This document shows, piece by piece, positions 36,215 through 46,700 of a stretch of 64,000 bases of DNA. Under the pieces are notes generated by a model. It ran no database searches. It had not been told where the DNA came from and worked only from the letters and a program-made list of their open reading frames with translations. How positions within the stretch are numbered: the first letter of the stretch is position 1; each line of letters starts with the position of its first letter. The position numbers were made by a program, and so were the translations under genes. The stretch comes from a bacterium (GTDB lineage Bacteria; Chloroflexota; Anaerolineae; Aggregatilineales; Phototrophicaceae): positions 6,534 to 70,533 of the forward strand of contig JANRKU010000016.1 of NCBI GenBank assembly GCA_033763335.1, written 5' to 3'.

Positions 36215-37672
36215 TCATGATTTTTTGTTGATTGCTTTGTGATACATCTCCAAATATTGGCGGGCGCTCAAATCCCAGCTAAAATCGCGTTCCATGCCAC
36301 GTTTTTGCATCCGCTTCCACGCCTCTGGTTTTTCTCGATAGGTCGCATAAGCCCAACGTAGGGTATTAAAAACGGCTTCGGATTCTTCCCATTGAAAGAC
36401 AAATCCTGTACCACGCTCGGCTTTATCACCATCATAATTTTCGACTGTATCTGCCAAGCCACCTGTTTCGCGCACTAAGGGCAATGCCCCATAGCGCATA
36501 GCGACCATCTGCCCTGTGCCACACGGTTCAAAATGACTGGGCATGAGGAACAGGTCACAACCCGCATAAATTTGTTGTGCCACTGCGCCATCATAACTGA
36601 GCTTGCAACGGGCGTTGCGATAATAGGTCTGTTCCAATTGGCGTAATGCCGCCTCAACCTCTGGCTCACCCGTACCAAGCGCGACCAATTGCACATCATA
36701 TTGTGCCAATAATCGGCGCAGGGCTGGTATTGCCAAATCCATCCCTTTTTGCCATACCATACGGGTCACAATGCCCACCAAAAAGGCATCATCGCGTACT
36801 TCTAAGCCAAGTGAGGCTTGTAGATGGCGCTTATTCAAAATGCGTTTTTCTGCAACATTTTCCACAGAAAAATGGGTGGTAATATCGGGGTCGGTGGCGG
36901 GATTCCATAACTTAACATCTATGCCGTTCAGAATACCATATAAATCATTGATGCGCGTGCGGAGCAGACCATCGAGTCCATAGCCCATATAGGGGTATTG
37001 AATTTCAGTGGCGTAGCGTGGGCTAACCGTCGAAATCATATCGCTGTATGCCAGCGCAATCGCCAACAAATTGTCGGTGAGGTTCTGATAAACCAAATCG
37101 GGATGATGCCGACCATGTACTCCTGCTTGGTATAGCCACCCACCCACATGGTCGCCCTGATATGCCATGTTATGGATGCTCAACACACTCGCCAATTTGC
37201 TCCAACGGGGTTCGTTCCGATTTTGCGAAATCAGAAATGGCACGAGTCCTGTATGCCAATCATTCACATGAGCAACATCGGGAAACCAGCCAAACCGCAC
37301 GCCCATCTCCCACATAAAACCCATCACAATTTGGTTAAAGAAGATAAAACGGGGTGAATCCCAATCCCAGACGGTATATACGGTGTTTTCATTGCCAAAA
37401 TAAGGATAGGCTTGTAAAAAATAAAATGGAACGCCGTCATACACGGTGGTATAGACCTTTACATCGGCAGTTCCTTCACGCAAGACCACACTATAACTAA
37501 ACAAATGGGTAATTTTATATTTATCATGCTTGATGAATCCATAACAAGGCAATACCACCCGCGCATCGGCTTTTGCTTCGCGCAATGCTGAGGGCAAAGA
37601 CCCAACAACATCTGCCATACCACCTACTTTGGCAAAGGGTGCGGCTTCTGCGGCGATGAATAAGACGTTCAT
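36215..37672 (-). CDS. glgA: glycogen synthase
   Basis: MNVLFIAAEAAPFAKVGGMADVVGSLP from the ATG at 37672, which follows AAGGGGAAG. The track start at 37741 would overlap the upstream gene by 50 nt. Confidence 0.92.
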   Translation of the reverse strand: MNVLFIAAEAAPFAKVGGMADVVGSLPSALREAKADARVVLPCYGFIKHDKYKITHLFSYSVVLREGTADVKVYTTVYDGVPFYFLQAYPYFGNENTVYTVWDWDSPRFIFFNQIVMGFMWEMGVRFGWFPDVAHVNDWHTGLVPFLISQNRNEPRWSKLASVLSIHNMAYQGDHVGGWLYQAGVHGRHHPDLVYQNLTDNLLAIALAYSDMISTVSPRYATEIQYPYMGYGLDGLLRTRINDLYGILNGIDVKLWNPATDPDITTHFSVENVAEKRILNKRHLQASLGLEVRDDAFLVGIVTRMVWQKGMDLAIPALRRLLAQYDVQLVALGTGEPEVEAALRQLEQTYYRNARCKLSYDGAVAQQIYAGCDLFLMPSHFEPCGTGQMVAMRYGALPLVRETGGLADTVENYDGDKAERGTGFVFQWEESEAVFNTLRWAYATYREKPEAWKRMQKRGMERDFSWDLSARQYLEMYHKAINKKS

Positions 37673-37691
37673 AACTTCCCCTTTTTTGCCG

Positions 37692-39308
37692 TTAATCGGC
37701 ATACCACCGATAATCCACTTCTGCCAATCCATACGCTTCATCGGCAGTCATGGGCAACGAGACATCTGTCTTGAGGCTCTCTGCTAATTTTGTGAACTGC
37801 TCATAAAATTCATAAAAACGCCCAATGGCATATTCCCGTTCTTGCATCAAGGTCACATGCCACAACCAATCGGATGTTTCGAGTTGCATCAATTGGCGCA
37901 CCATCCGATTCAATGTTTGCCGTTGAATCTCCGTTGGATTGGGATATTCATTCGCCATAACCGTCATTCGCGCCTCTGCTTGATGAATCATGCGCCACAT
38001 CCATGTGGTTTCGGCATTATTCCACATAAAATGTGCGCCACCATACCCCCATGAACTCTCTGGGAGTGTGACAGTCGTCTTGGGCGGAAATTGCTCCAAA
38101 TAGCTACTGGGTGTGGCAAATCCGATTTCTGGGTTATTCCCCAAATGCCGTAATACCTTCCCTAGCCATTGAATCCCCTCAAACCAGCGATACCCAAATA
38201 AATCGGTGGGGAATGTGGAGGCTACAAAGCCCATTTCGCTGGATTCATTATAAAATTCGCGCAACACATCGCCCACAATATGGACAAAATGCTCGGCGTG
38301 TTGGTCTACTTTATAAGATGCCCATTCGGGATGATAAAAATCTTTGTGGGTCAAATCTACTTTTGCCCCTGTCACCCGCCAATAACGCAACCCTCCTGTC
38401 CCCGATTTTTTGCGGAGTTCCCGATAATCAAAATCGCCCGGGTAGCCCCAATCATTGCTCCATACTTGTTGACCCGTGCGGTTATCGCGCCCAATCACAG
38501 CCACACCAGCAGATTCTTCACTCACCCAATGGGGGCGCAGGGTCTTGATATGTTTCCGCAGGGGAATTTGGGGCATAGTCGGTGTCATATAACGGCGTTT
38601 CGGTTCACCATACAACCCCAACACATCACCAGATGCCACCCCAATGGGTTGTCCGCCTGTGATAGGATGTGCCTCTGTGAAGAAAAATTGAAGCCCCAAG
38701 TCTTTGAGCAACTTTTCAAAACCGGGTTTATACCCACATTCAGGCAACCATATCCCTTTTGGTGCAATGCCAAAATGGCGTTGATGAATGGTCATAGCCG
38801 TTTGTAATTGTGCTTTGACGCTTTTATCATCTTTGAGCAATGGCAGATAGGCATGGGTGGCAGAACTGGTGAGTAATTCCACTAAGCCCGCATCTTGTAA
38901 TTGCTTGAACGCACCGATGAAATCACGGTTAAATTGTTTATTAAATGACTCACGCAGACTTTCATACCAAGACTTATACCACCCACTCAGAAAATTCAAA
39001 TGCGTATCTGGTGATTTTTCGCCAAATTGCGCCATATCATGTTCTGCAAAGCGAATTTTTTCTTGAAGATATTGGTCAAAATACTCCAAATGGGCGAGGT
39101 CTGCCATCTGCTCCAATAAAATAGGAGAAAAGCTGATGGCGATGCGATATTGCACACCATCATGTTTGAGGTCATGAAGCATTTTCAATAGGGGAAGATA
39201 AGTCTCTGCAAGAATGTCATAAAACCACGTACCCGCATAGTAGCGATGTGGTTGCACATGAGGCAAATGACTATGTAGCACAAATGTAAAATATCCGATT
39301 GCGCTCAC
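37692..39308 (-). CDS. GH57 family 1,4-alpha-glucan branching enzyme
   Basis: The FVLHSHLPHV N-terminus and the GIWLPECGY nucleophile region are typical of GH57 (DUF1957-type) branching enzymes. Confidence 0.8.
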   Translation of the reverse strand: MSAIGYFTFVLHSHLPHVQPHRYYAGTWFYDILAETYLPLLKMLHDLKHDGVQYRIAISFSPILLEQMADLAHLEYFDQYLQEKIRFAEHDMAQFGEKSPDTHLNFLSGWYKSWYESLRESFNKQFNRDFIGAFKQLQDAGLVELLTSSATHAYLPLLKDDKSVKAQLQTAMTIHQRHFGIAPKGIWLPECGYKPGFEKLLKDLGLQFFFTEAHPITGGQPIGVASGDVLGLYGEPKRRYMTPTMPQIPLRKHIKTLRPHWVSEESAGVAVIGRDNRTGQQVWSNDWGYPGDFDYRELRKKSGTGGLRYWRVTGAKVDLTHKDFYHPEWASYKVDQHAEHFVHIVGDVLREFYNESSEMGFVASTFPTDLFGYRWFEGIQWLGKVLRHLGNNPEIGFATPSSYLEQFPPKTTVTLPESSWGYGGAHFMWNNAETTWMWRMIHQAEARMTVMANEYPNPTEIQRQTLNRMVRQLMQLETSDWLWHVTLMQEREYAIGRFYEFYEQFTKLAESLKTDVSLPMTADEAYGLAEVDYRWYAD

Positions 39309-39427
39309 AAATGTTACTCCTCATAAATCTATTTTAGTTAAAAGGTCGCCCATTGGCGATTTTGTGTCATTGTAACGCCAATGTGAGGGGGGCGCAAATT
39401 TTTTATATGAGTGTTTGTAATTTTATT

Positions 39428-39450
39428 GGGCGCAACATGTCACGCCCTTA
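39428..39450. repeat. degenerate family-2 palindrome overlapping the kinase stop codon
   Basis: GGGCGCAACATGTCACGCCCTTA. The stem is imperfect, with 2 mismatches. Confidence 0.45.
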
Positions 39451-40749
39451 TGACCCAATAGTCGCAATGGGGAGGATACAGGTCATGGTCGTTCCCGCGC
39501 CAATTTCGGTCTTGAGGACACTCACATAACCGCCATGAGCCTCTGCTACTCTGCGGGCGATGTATAGCCCCTGCCCCAACCCACGCGGGTCTAACAGTTT
39601 GCCTTGCAAATTACGCGGTTCTCCACGATAAAATTGCTCAAAAATATGAGGTAAATCTTTTTTAGAAATGCCAACCCCGTTATCCACCACATCCAAACGC
39701 ATATAACGATGGTCTTGGGCATCTATCCCCGCCATGACCACCACATGCCCCCCAGATTCGGTGTAATGGATGGCATTTTGGAGCAAATGCCCCAATGCCC
39801 ATCGTAACCGTTGTTCATCGCCCATCACGCGCAAAGCCGATGAATCCCGCACCATCACCATCACATCTAACCGCTTGCGCTTCACTTCTGGATTTGCCCC
39901 ATTGACCACCGCCCATAAAAGGGGTTCTAGCAACACCTCATCATGGCGAATATCCAGTGTGCCACTGCCCATTTCTGAGACATCTAGTAATTCAACAATC
40001 ATGCGGTCTAAAATATCCACATTGCGGATGAGCGTCTCTAATGGGCGTTGTGCCATCTCTTTATTTTCGGGGGGGATATGCTTTAAGACATCTGCCATCC
40101 CCTTAATCGCCGTCATAGGGGTTTTGAGTTCATGCGAGAGCGCCGTGACAAATTGTGTTTTGATGCGGTCTGCCAATGATTCTTGGGTGACATCACGCAA
40201 CACAATCACCGTCCCAAGTCTTTCGCCTTTATTATTGGCGACAGCCGCCACTTGCGCCCCCAAAATGCGATTATTCACCTGCACCTTATTGGGTTCACCC
40301 AATGGCACAATTTCGCTATCCAATGCCTGTGTTTGGCTATAGGTATCGAATAACTGCCCCAATTCGGTATCTCTAAAATTTTTATATGACCCCAAAAGGT
40401 TGTGTGCCGCTTTGTTGATAAAAACGACCTTCCCCTCTAGGTCTTGCATGATAATACCTTCGGGGACGATGGCGAGTATGCCATCGAGTCGCTCGACATC
40501 TTTTTGTTTTTGGCGCAAATTGACCTTGAGTTGGCGGTTCTGCACAGCAATTGCCCGCGCTTGCGTAATTTTTGCCTGCAATTCGGCTTTACGCCGTTGA
40601 CGGGCTTCGCGCTCACTTTCGGCATGAGCGCGTTGATTGAGTGACGCAAACAGACGGCTAAAAAGCCGTTCTGTTGCCGCCCCCAATTGATTCACTCGCC
40701 GTAACACCCCGCCAATTTCTTGTGCTTGGTCATTTGCCTTATCGCTCAT
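39448..40749 (-). CDS. cytoplasmic sensor histidine kinase (coiled coil-PAS-HisKA-HATPase)
   Basis: No TM helix. PAS region VPEGIIMQDLEGKVVFINKAAHNLLG. H-box LSHELKTPM, N-box LLQNAIHYT, G1 DNGVGI, F FEQFYRG, G2 GLGQGLYIA. Confidence 0.9.
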   Translation of the reverse strand: MSDKANDQAQEIGGVLRRVNQLGAATERLFSRLFASLNQRAHAESEREARQRRKAELQAKITQARAIAVQNRQLKVNLRQKQKDVERLDGILAIVPEGIIMQDLEGKVVFINKAAHNLLGSYKNFRDTELGQLFDTYSQTQALDSEIVPLGEPNKVQVNNRILGAQVAAVANNKGERLGTVIVLRDVTQESLADRIKTQFVTALSHELKTPMTAIKGMADVLKHIPPENKEMAQRPLETLIRNVDILDRMIVELLDVSEMGSGTLDIRHDEVLLEPLLWAVVNGANPEVKRKRLDVMVMVRDSSALRVMGDEQRLRWALGHLLQNAIHYTESGGHVVVMAGIDAQDHRYMRLDVVDNGVGISKKDLPHIFEQFYRGEPRNLQGKLLDPRGLGQGLYIARRVAEAHGGYVSVLKTEIGAGTTMTCILPIATIGS

Positions 40750-40755
40750 AAGCCT

Positions 40756-41469
40756 CTATGTCTTGGGTTGGTCTTTTGGCGGTTCTGTTGTGGTTGCTTC
40801 TGGCTTTGGCGCATCAGATGATGGCGTTTCTGTCACAGGGGCATCCGTTTTTGGCGCATCAGTAGTCGGCATAGGTGGCTTTGAGGGTTGGGTTTTTGCC
40901 GTGTCGGTCATTGTTGATAGTGGTTTTGGTGCTTCCACAGGTGGCACGACTGGCGGTTTTGGCGCTTCGGTCGTGGTCACAGGTGGCTTTGGTGCTTCGG
41001 CAGTTGGTACGGGTGGTTTTGGTGCTTCTGCTGGTGTTTCTGCCTTTTTGCGATTGATGATGTCATACAAAATTGTCCGCAAACGGTCAAAATCGGGCAA
41101 CGGCTTGTTAATCACCGCATCTACCCCAAAATCTTTTTTCATTTGATTCATTTCATCTTCACTCATGACAAATGCTGTCATCAGCACAATTGGGATATGT
41201 TGAAGTTGTTTCACAGTGCGGATACGCGCAGAAATCTCGTTGCCACGTTTACCGGGCATCCGAATATCCATCAACGCAAAATCGGGCATTGCGCCTTTAT
41301 ACTGCCCAGATTCGACTGCATCTAACCATTCCCACGCTTTCTGTCCGCTTTCATATGCCAATGGCACATTGCCCCATACTTGACACATCATAGAGACCAG
41401 ACTGCGAATATCTGCTTCATCTTCGACGATTAACCAGTTCAAGTTTCGCCCCTTCTTCCTGTTGCACAT
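40756..41469 (-). CDS. single-domain response regulator with ~100-aa Pro-rich (EAPKPPV)n tail
   Basis: Canonical receiver motifs LIVEDE, ALMDIRMPG, VLMTA and NKPL. The tail has four EAPKPPV-like units. The ATG at 41469 lies 5 nt after AGGTGA; the track start is GTG 41478. The gene ends 6 nt before the kinase start. Confidence 0.85.
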   Translation of the reverse strand: MCNRKKGRNLNWLIVEDEADIRSLVSMMCQVWGNVPLAYESGQKAWEWLDAVESGQYKGAMPDFALMDIRMPGKRGNEISARIRTVKQLQHIPIVLMTAFVMSEDEMNQMKKDFGVDAVINKPLPDFDRLRTILYDIINRKKAETPAEAPKPPVPTAEAPKPPVTTTEAPKPPVVPPVEAPKPLSTMTDTAKTQPSKPPMPTTDAPKTDAPVTETPSSDAPKPEATTTEPPKDQPKT

Positions 41470-41622
41470 ATTTTTCACCTGATTATACCGCCAACAGACA
41501 AGAATCGAAAGTTTTTCCCACCATTTTCCTAAAATTCGCTATAATATCCCTCAATAGGGTAATCGTTTTGTTGTATCATAGTAGCAGTTATGTTTGATAA
41601 CATGGAAAAGTGAGGAAGCCTC

Positions 41623-42072
41623 TTGTCTACATGGATGGTTGTAGAAGACGAGCCAGATATTTACGAAGTGTTAATGGCAATGTTTGGGATATGGGGCATT
41701 GACGGTGTCGCGTTTGTAGATGGCGAAGAAGCGATGGCGTGGATTGATGATGTAGACAATGCACGCTTTCAGGGAGAATTGCCAGAACTCGCCTTACTCG
41801 ATATTCGCCTGCCCGGAGATATACAAGGTCCCAAGGTAGGGGAGCGCCTTCGTAAAAGCCCGTTGCTCAATCAGGTTGCGATTGTTTTTGCCACTGCCTA
41901 TAAATTGACACCCGATGAAGAAAAAGAAATTATGGCACAAGCAGGCGCAGACAGGCTTATTTATAAACCCCTGCCAAAATTTGCCGATTTGCAAAAATTA
42001 CTCGAAGATACGATAACCACCCGTCGGGCGGCATCGCAATCTCAAACACAGTCAGAACCCAAAACACCTTGA
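41623..42072 (+). CDS. single-domain (CheY-like) response regulator
   Basis: Motifs MVVEDE, ALLDIRLPG, VFATA and YKPL. The TTG at 41623 lies 6-7 nt after GAGGAAG. An alternative ATG is at 41635. Confidence 0.85.
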   Translation: MSTWMVVEDEPDIYEVLMAMFGIWGIDGVAFVDGEEAMAWIDDVDNARFQGELPELALLDIRLPGDIQGPKVGERLRKSPLLNQVAIVFATAYKLTPDEEKEIMAQAGADRLIYKPLPKFADLQKLLEDTITTRRAASQSQTQSEPKTP

Positions 42073-42107
42073 TTGGCTATTACACAAATTTTTAGGAGCG
42101 ACTCTCT

Positions 42108-42851
42108 ATGCGAAATGTGTCTCCTGCAAAAGCGTTATTAAGACGCTCACAGCTATTACTCCAGTTTGCCTTCGTATTTCTTACAGGGGGCATATTTTTG
42201 GGCGTGGTCGGGTTAGCCCTCTACGCCATCCCTGTCACCAGCGCAGGTGGCGAAATTAACCCCATCGTCAATTTGGGACGGTTAATGATGCTCCTCGCAG
42301 GCGCGGTATTATTCCTCATCGGCGCGGGGATGGTCATGCGGGCTGTCACATGGAAAACCGATAACGACCTCGCCATGATTACGAGCAAAGTATTGATGGA
42401 ATATGTAGATGACCGTTATACCCTCATCCGCAATATCAACGGCAGACCAGTCGGCTATGTAGATGCCCTATTGGTCGGACCGGGTGGTGTCTTGGTCTTT
42501 CGGATAACGGATATGGTGGGCAAATTCCTCAATGAGCGCAGTAAGTGGCTCAAACGTGCCAACAATCAATGGAAAATTAACCTCAGCAACCCCACCCAAG
42601 ACGCGCTAGACGACCTCAAAAGTGTGCGCGATTACCTCGTGCGTCAAAAATTAGAGGATGTGCCTGTTTATGCCATTGTCGTCCTCACTCAACCAGAAGA
42701 CCAAGCCCGTCTCATGCTCAAAGACCCTGTTATCCCTGTCGTCCATTTAGATGGACTGGTTCAACGTCTCCATGAGGGATTTTTGGCAAAAGAACGTGTG
42801 ACCAATCCCAAAAGCATCGAAGCTGTGGTGAAATTATTTTATAAAACCTAA
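42108..42851 (+). CDS. membrane protein with NERD-like (nuclease-related) domain
   Basis: Two N-terminal TM helices, then YTLIRNINGRPVGYVDALLVGPGGVLVFRITDMVGKF, which resembles the NERD core (..IDhll.gp.Gi.viE.K). Confidence 0.55.
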   Translation: MRNVSPAKALLRRSQLLLQFAFVFLTGGIFLGVVGLALYAIPVTSAGGEINPIVNLGRLMMLLAGAVLFLIGAGMVMRAVTWKTDNDLAMITSKVLMEYVDDRYTLIRNINGRPVGYVDALLVGPGGVLVFRITDMVGKFLNERSKWLKRANNQWKINLSNPTQDALDDLKSVRDYLVRQKLEDVPVYAIVVLTQPEDQARLMLKDPVIPVVHLDGLVQRLHEGFLAKERVTNPKSIEAVVKLFYKT

Positions 42852-42869
42852 TATTTAGATAGCAAAATC

Positions 42870-42981
42870 ATCCCCTATCCCCCCGCCCCCTTTCCCCATT
42901 TCATGGAGAAAGGGGGTGAAACCTATTTTTAAGGTTGGTTTTAGCCCCTCTCCACAGCGTGGGGAGGGGTTGGGGTGGGGA
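42870..42981. repeat. ~105-nt nested-hairpin intergenic element, copy C (diverged)
   Basis: ATCCCCTATCCCC..CCCCCTTTCCCCAT-TTC-ATGGAGAAAGGGGG..CTATTTTTAAGGTTGGTTTTAG..CCCCTCTCCAC-AGC-GTGGGGAGGGG..GGGGTGGGGAT. It begins 18 nt 3' of the NERD gene stop. Confidence 0.75.
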
Positions 42982-43001
42982 TAAAAGCCTTAAGTTGCCG
43001 T

Positions 43002-43029
43002 GTACGGGCGCAACATATTGCGCCCGCAT
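43002..43029. repeat. REP-like palindrome, family 2 variant
   Basis: GTACGGGCGCAACATATTGCGCCCGCAT, with stem CGGGCGCAA/TTGCGCCCG. Confidence 0.7.
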
Positions 43030-43047
43030 ATCTAAAAGGACATTTTT

Positions 43048-43755
43048 ATGAAGCGCATTTTTATCACAGGGGCAACTCGTGGCTTGGGGTTAGAGATGGT
43101 GCGTCAATATGCCCAACAAGGGAATACGCAAATCTTTGCGACCTATCGGGATGAACAACACGCCCACACCCTAAAATCCCTCGCAACCCAATATGCCCCA
43201 CACATAGAACTTGTGCCGTTGGATGTGGCAAATCCGCAATCCATCAGCGAAATCGTTCATCATGTCGAACACAAGACCAATGGACTCGACCTTCTCATCA
43301 ACAATGCAGGCGTTGACCCAAAAGATGAAAGCCAAACCATTGGCAGTTTAACGATGGACGGATTTTTAGACGTATTACGAATCAATACAGTCGCCCCTGC
43401 CCTCATCGTTCAGGCGTTATTGCCATTGCTCAAAGCAGGGCATAATGCCCGCATCGTTAATATTTCATCCGAGATGGCATCTATTGAGCATCGCACCTAT
43501 GGCGGGTCTCATTCTTACTGTGCCAGCAAAGCCGCGCTGAATATGGTCTCGCGCGGATTAGCCGCCGACCTCACTCCATATAATATCATCGTTATCGCAC
43601 TTGACCCCGGTTGGGTGCAAACCGACATGGGCGGAAAAAGCGCCACACTCACCCCTCATGAGTCAATTTCTGGGGTGATAAAAGTCGTGGACGGATTAAC
43701 CATGCGCCAAACAGGGCATTACCTCAATTATCGCGGGAAAAATATCCCATGGTAA
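43048..43755 (+). CDS. short-chain dehydrogenase/reductase (SDR)
   Basis: Motifs TGATRGLG, NNAG and YCASK (YxxxK). It overlaps the addB-like start by 7 nt. Confidence 0.85.
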   Translation: MKRIFITGATRGLGLEMVRQYAQQGNTQIFATYRDEQHAHTLKSLATQYAPHIELVPLDVANPQSISEIVHHVEHKTNGLDLLINNAGVDPKDESQTIGSLTMDGFLDVLRINTVAPALIVQALLPLLKAGHNARIVNISSEMASIEHRTYGGSHSYCASKAALNMVSRGLAADLTPYNIIVIALDPGWVQTDMGGKSATLTPHESISGVIKVVDGLTMRQTGHYLNYRGKNIPW

Positions 43756-46700
43756 ACGCACAACTCATCCTAGCCCCTGTGGGGGCAGGCAAAACGGAAT
43801 TTGTGCTAAACGAATTGCAACGGCATTACAGCCAAAACCCATTTGCCCGCATCTGGGTATTACTCGCCACGCAACGCCAAGAAGTCGCCCTACGGGAACG
43901 CCTATTCAGAGCAGAGGGGGACGACACCTATTTCAACATCGAATTTTTCAATTTTTCGACCCTCTATCAACGCCTATTAGATATGGCGGGCAATCCGCAA
44001 CGCATGATGAATAAGCAGGGGCAGGCGGTATTATTGCGCCACCTCATTCATCATCTCGATTTGCCCGTTTTTGAATCGGTGGCACATACACACGGATTCG
44101 TCCGCATTATCGAAAATTGGATAGAAGAACTCAAAAGCAATCGCGTTAATGCCGATGATTATAAGCGGGTCGCCTCTACACCGCGTGAGCATGACCTCGC
44201 CCAAATTTATGAAACCTATCAACATGCCCTCATCGCCAATCGGTTGATGGATGAGCAAGGGCAAGGCTGGCTGGCAGTAGAGGCATTACAAGCCCGCCCC
44301 AATTTATTGTCACATGCGCGGGTAGATGTCCTCATCGTAGACGGATTTGACCAATTTTCGCACACCCAAACCGACCTTTTGGCGCATATCGCCAAGCAAG
44401 TGCCACAACTCCTCATCACCCTAACCCAAGTGACTGGCAGAGAAGCCACTATCGGCAGGCGTTTTTCTACTGCCAAAACCGAATTAGAAGGCGCTTTTGC
44501 CCGTTTGGGAGAAGATTTAACCATCACGCCCATCGGTGTAGCCCCAACCACCAAACATCCCGATTTAAGCCACCTCGTCCATGCTATTTTTTCACGGGGG
44601 AGCAAAAAAGGGACTATTACCGATGGCATCACCTTTTTGGAAGCCCCTACCCTTGCCGATGAAACCGCCAATGTGCTACGACATGTCAAACAAGCATTGC
44701 TCAATGGTGCAAAACCAGATGACATCCTCATTGCTGTGCGTGATTGGAATAATTATCGCCATCATCTAAGCGCGTATGCAGAAAAATATGACTTGCCCAT
44801 CGTGCTTCACTACGATGAACCCCTCACAGAAACGCCATTTGTGATGACACTCAGCCATCTATTAGACCTCGCCCATGCCAATTTTCCGCGCAGAGGGGTA
44901 TTAGATGCCCTGCGTTCACCGTATATCAACGGGGCGGGGTTATCTGCTGGTGATATAGACCAACTCGAAGCCATCAGCGAAAAGCAAATGGTGATTCATG
45001 GGCGCGAGGCGTGGCTATCTGCCATAGCAGAAAGCACCCATACACCACAATTAGACGAAGAAGAAGATGAGCTATCCGATTTCAAAATTTTGCCCGAACA
45101 AGCCGAGCATCTCCAAACCACGCTAGGGGCATTTTTTGATACCATCACCCCACCCGAACAAGCCACACTCAGCCAATTTATTGTATGGATAGAAACCCTC
45201 ATTGGCACAGACCCCATACTAGATGTGACAGGCGATGATGAACCGCCAGACGAATCTAACGCCCCTAGCCTCAATATGCTCACGGCGTTGCGATTAGGCG
45301 ATAGTGCATGGCTATGGCGTGATTTGCTGGTCATTCAAGCCATCAAAGGATGCCTACGAGATTTATATGTCGCCCATGCCCAATTGCGCCCCATTATCGG
45401 TGCAGAAGCACCTATTTTATGGGATGATTTTTATGCTCTATTGAATACCAGCCTCATGAGTGGCAAAACCTCACCCCGCCCCAGTCGTGCAGGGCGTATT
45501 TTGGTCACAACTGCCACGGGTGGGCGCGGATTGCCCCATGCCCATGTGTTCATTTTAGGCTTGAGCGATGGCATTTTCCCTGCGCCCATCCCACAAGACC
45601 CGTTGTATCTGGAAAGTGAACGCACACGACTGAATCAGGCATTACCCCAAAATCCGATTAAGACCCAAATGGAGCAACGCGATGATGAAGGCGTGTTCTA
45701 TGAACTCATCTGCCTGCCGAGCCAATCGCTGACTCTCTCCCGCCCTACCCTAAAAGATGGCAAGGAATGGCTTCCTAGCCCATTATGGCGCGGGGCAATT
45801 GCCGTTTATGAAAACGCCCCACAAATCATCGCCACGCATAGAATTGGCGTTGGGAAAACGGTCTCACTCGCCCAAGCGGTGACGGTGGATGAAGCCTTCA
45901 CCGCCCTGAGCATCGCCCTTAGCAATTCCGATGAAACGCTGTTAGATATGGGCGCGTGGCTCATCCAAACCTATCCACACCAATGGGAGCGACTGCGTCA
46001 TCATCGCATGATGGAATTGGGGCGCATTGGTCACGGCAAAAATGCCTATAACGGCGTATTGTCATCGGCAAGACTCAAGGACTATGTGCAAAATCGGCTG
46101 GGCAAAGACTACACATGGAGCGCCACCCGCCTCACCGACCAAGGGCAATGTGGATTCCGCTTTTTCGCCAAGCACCTACTCAAACTATCGGAACGCAAAG
46201 AACCCGAAATCGGCATGGATGTTTTACAACGCGGGTCTGTGCTTCATGCCATTTTAGAAGAGGTGTATAAGACCATCCGTGAACAAAATTTGAGCATCTC
46301 TGCCCAAAATATGGAGATGGCACATGCCCTGTTGGATGAGATTGGGGCGCGGGTATTAAAAACCGCCCCACATGATTTTGGATTCCGCCCCACCGCATTA
46401 TGGGAGCAAGAAAAAGCCAATATCCTCCAAAAATTACACCAATTGATAGAAGAAGATTTTAATCCCGAAAAAGATACCATCGCCAAAAAACTTGGCATAA
46501 ACGGGGAACGCACACCGTATCGCCTAGAAGCCAGTTTCGGCTTCGATAACAACCCGCTATGGCTCGATTTGGGCGATGATGTGGGGCAAATTCGGCTACG
46601 GGGCAAAATTGACCGTATGGACATCATTGGGGATGCTGTGGTGGTGATGGATTACAAATCGGGTAGCACCGAAATCAAACCCCAAGAAATTGCCGATGGG

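Noticed and set aside
37673-37741. 5'-extended starts offered by the ORF track. These are glgA 37741, argF 6290, cdaR 2200, lipoprotein 15854, cytochrome c 20056, REC 54101, AP-like 58448 and RHH-like 58509.
   Set aside because: In each case an internal ATG gives the family-typical N-terminus or a clean signal peptide. In most cases it also follows an SD at 5-9 nt, removes an overlap with the upstream gene, or both.
39770-40342. Long antisense ORFs inside well-supported genes. Examples are 39770-40342 (190 aa), 44219-44731 (170 aa), 62405-62920 (171 aa), 38280-38807 (175 aa), 22980-23465 (161 aa) and 14718-15233 (171 aa).
   Set aside because: Each lies entirely within, and opposite to, a CDS with strong family motifs. 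Their translations are low-complexity (rich in Ser, Arg, Cys and Pro) and I saw no SD for any of them. This is typical of shadow ORFs.
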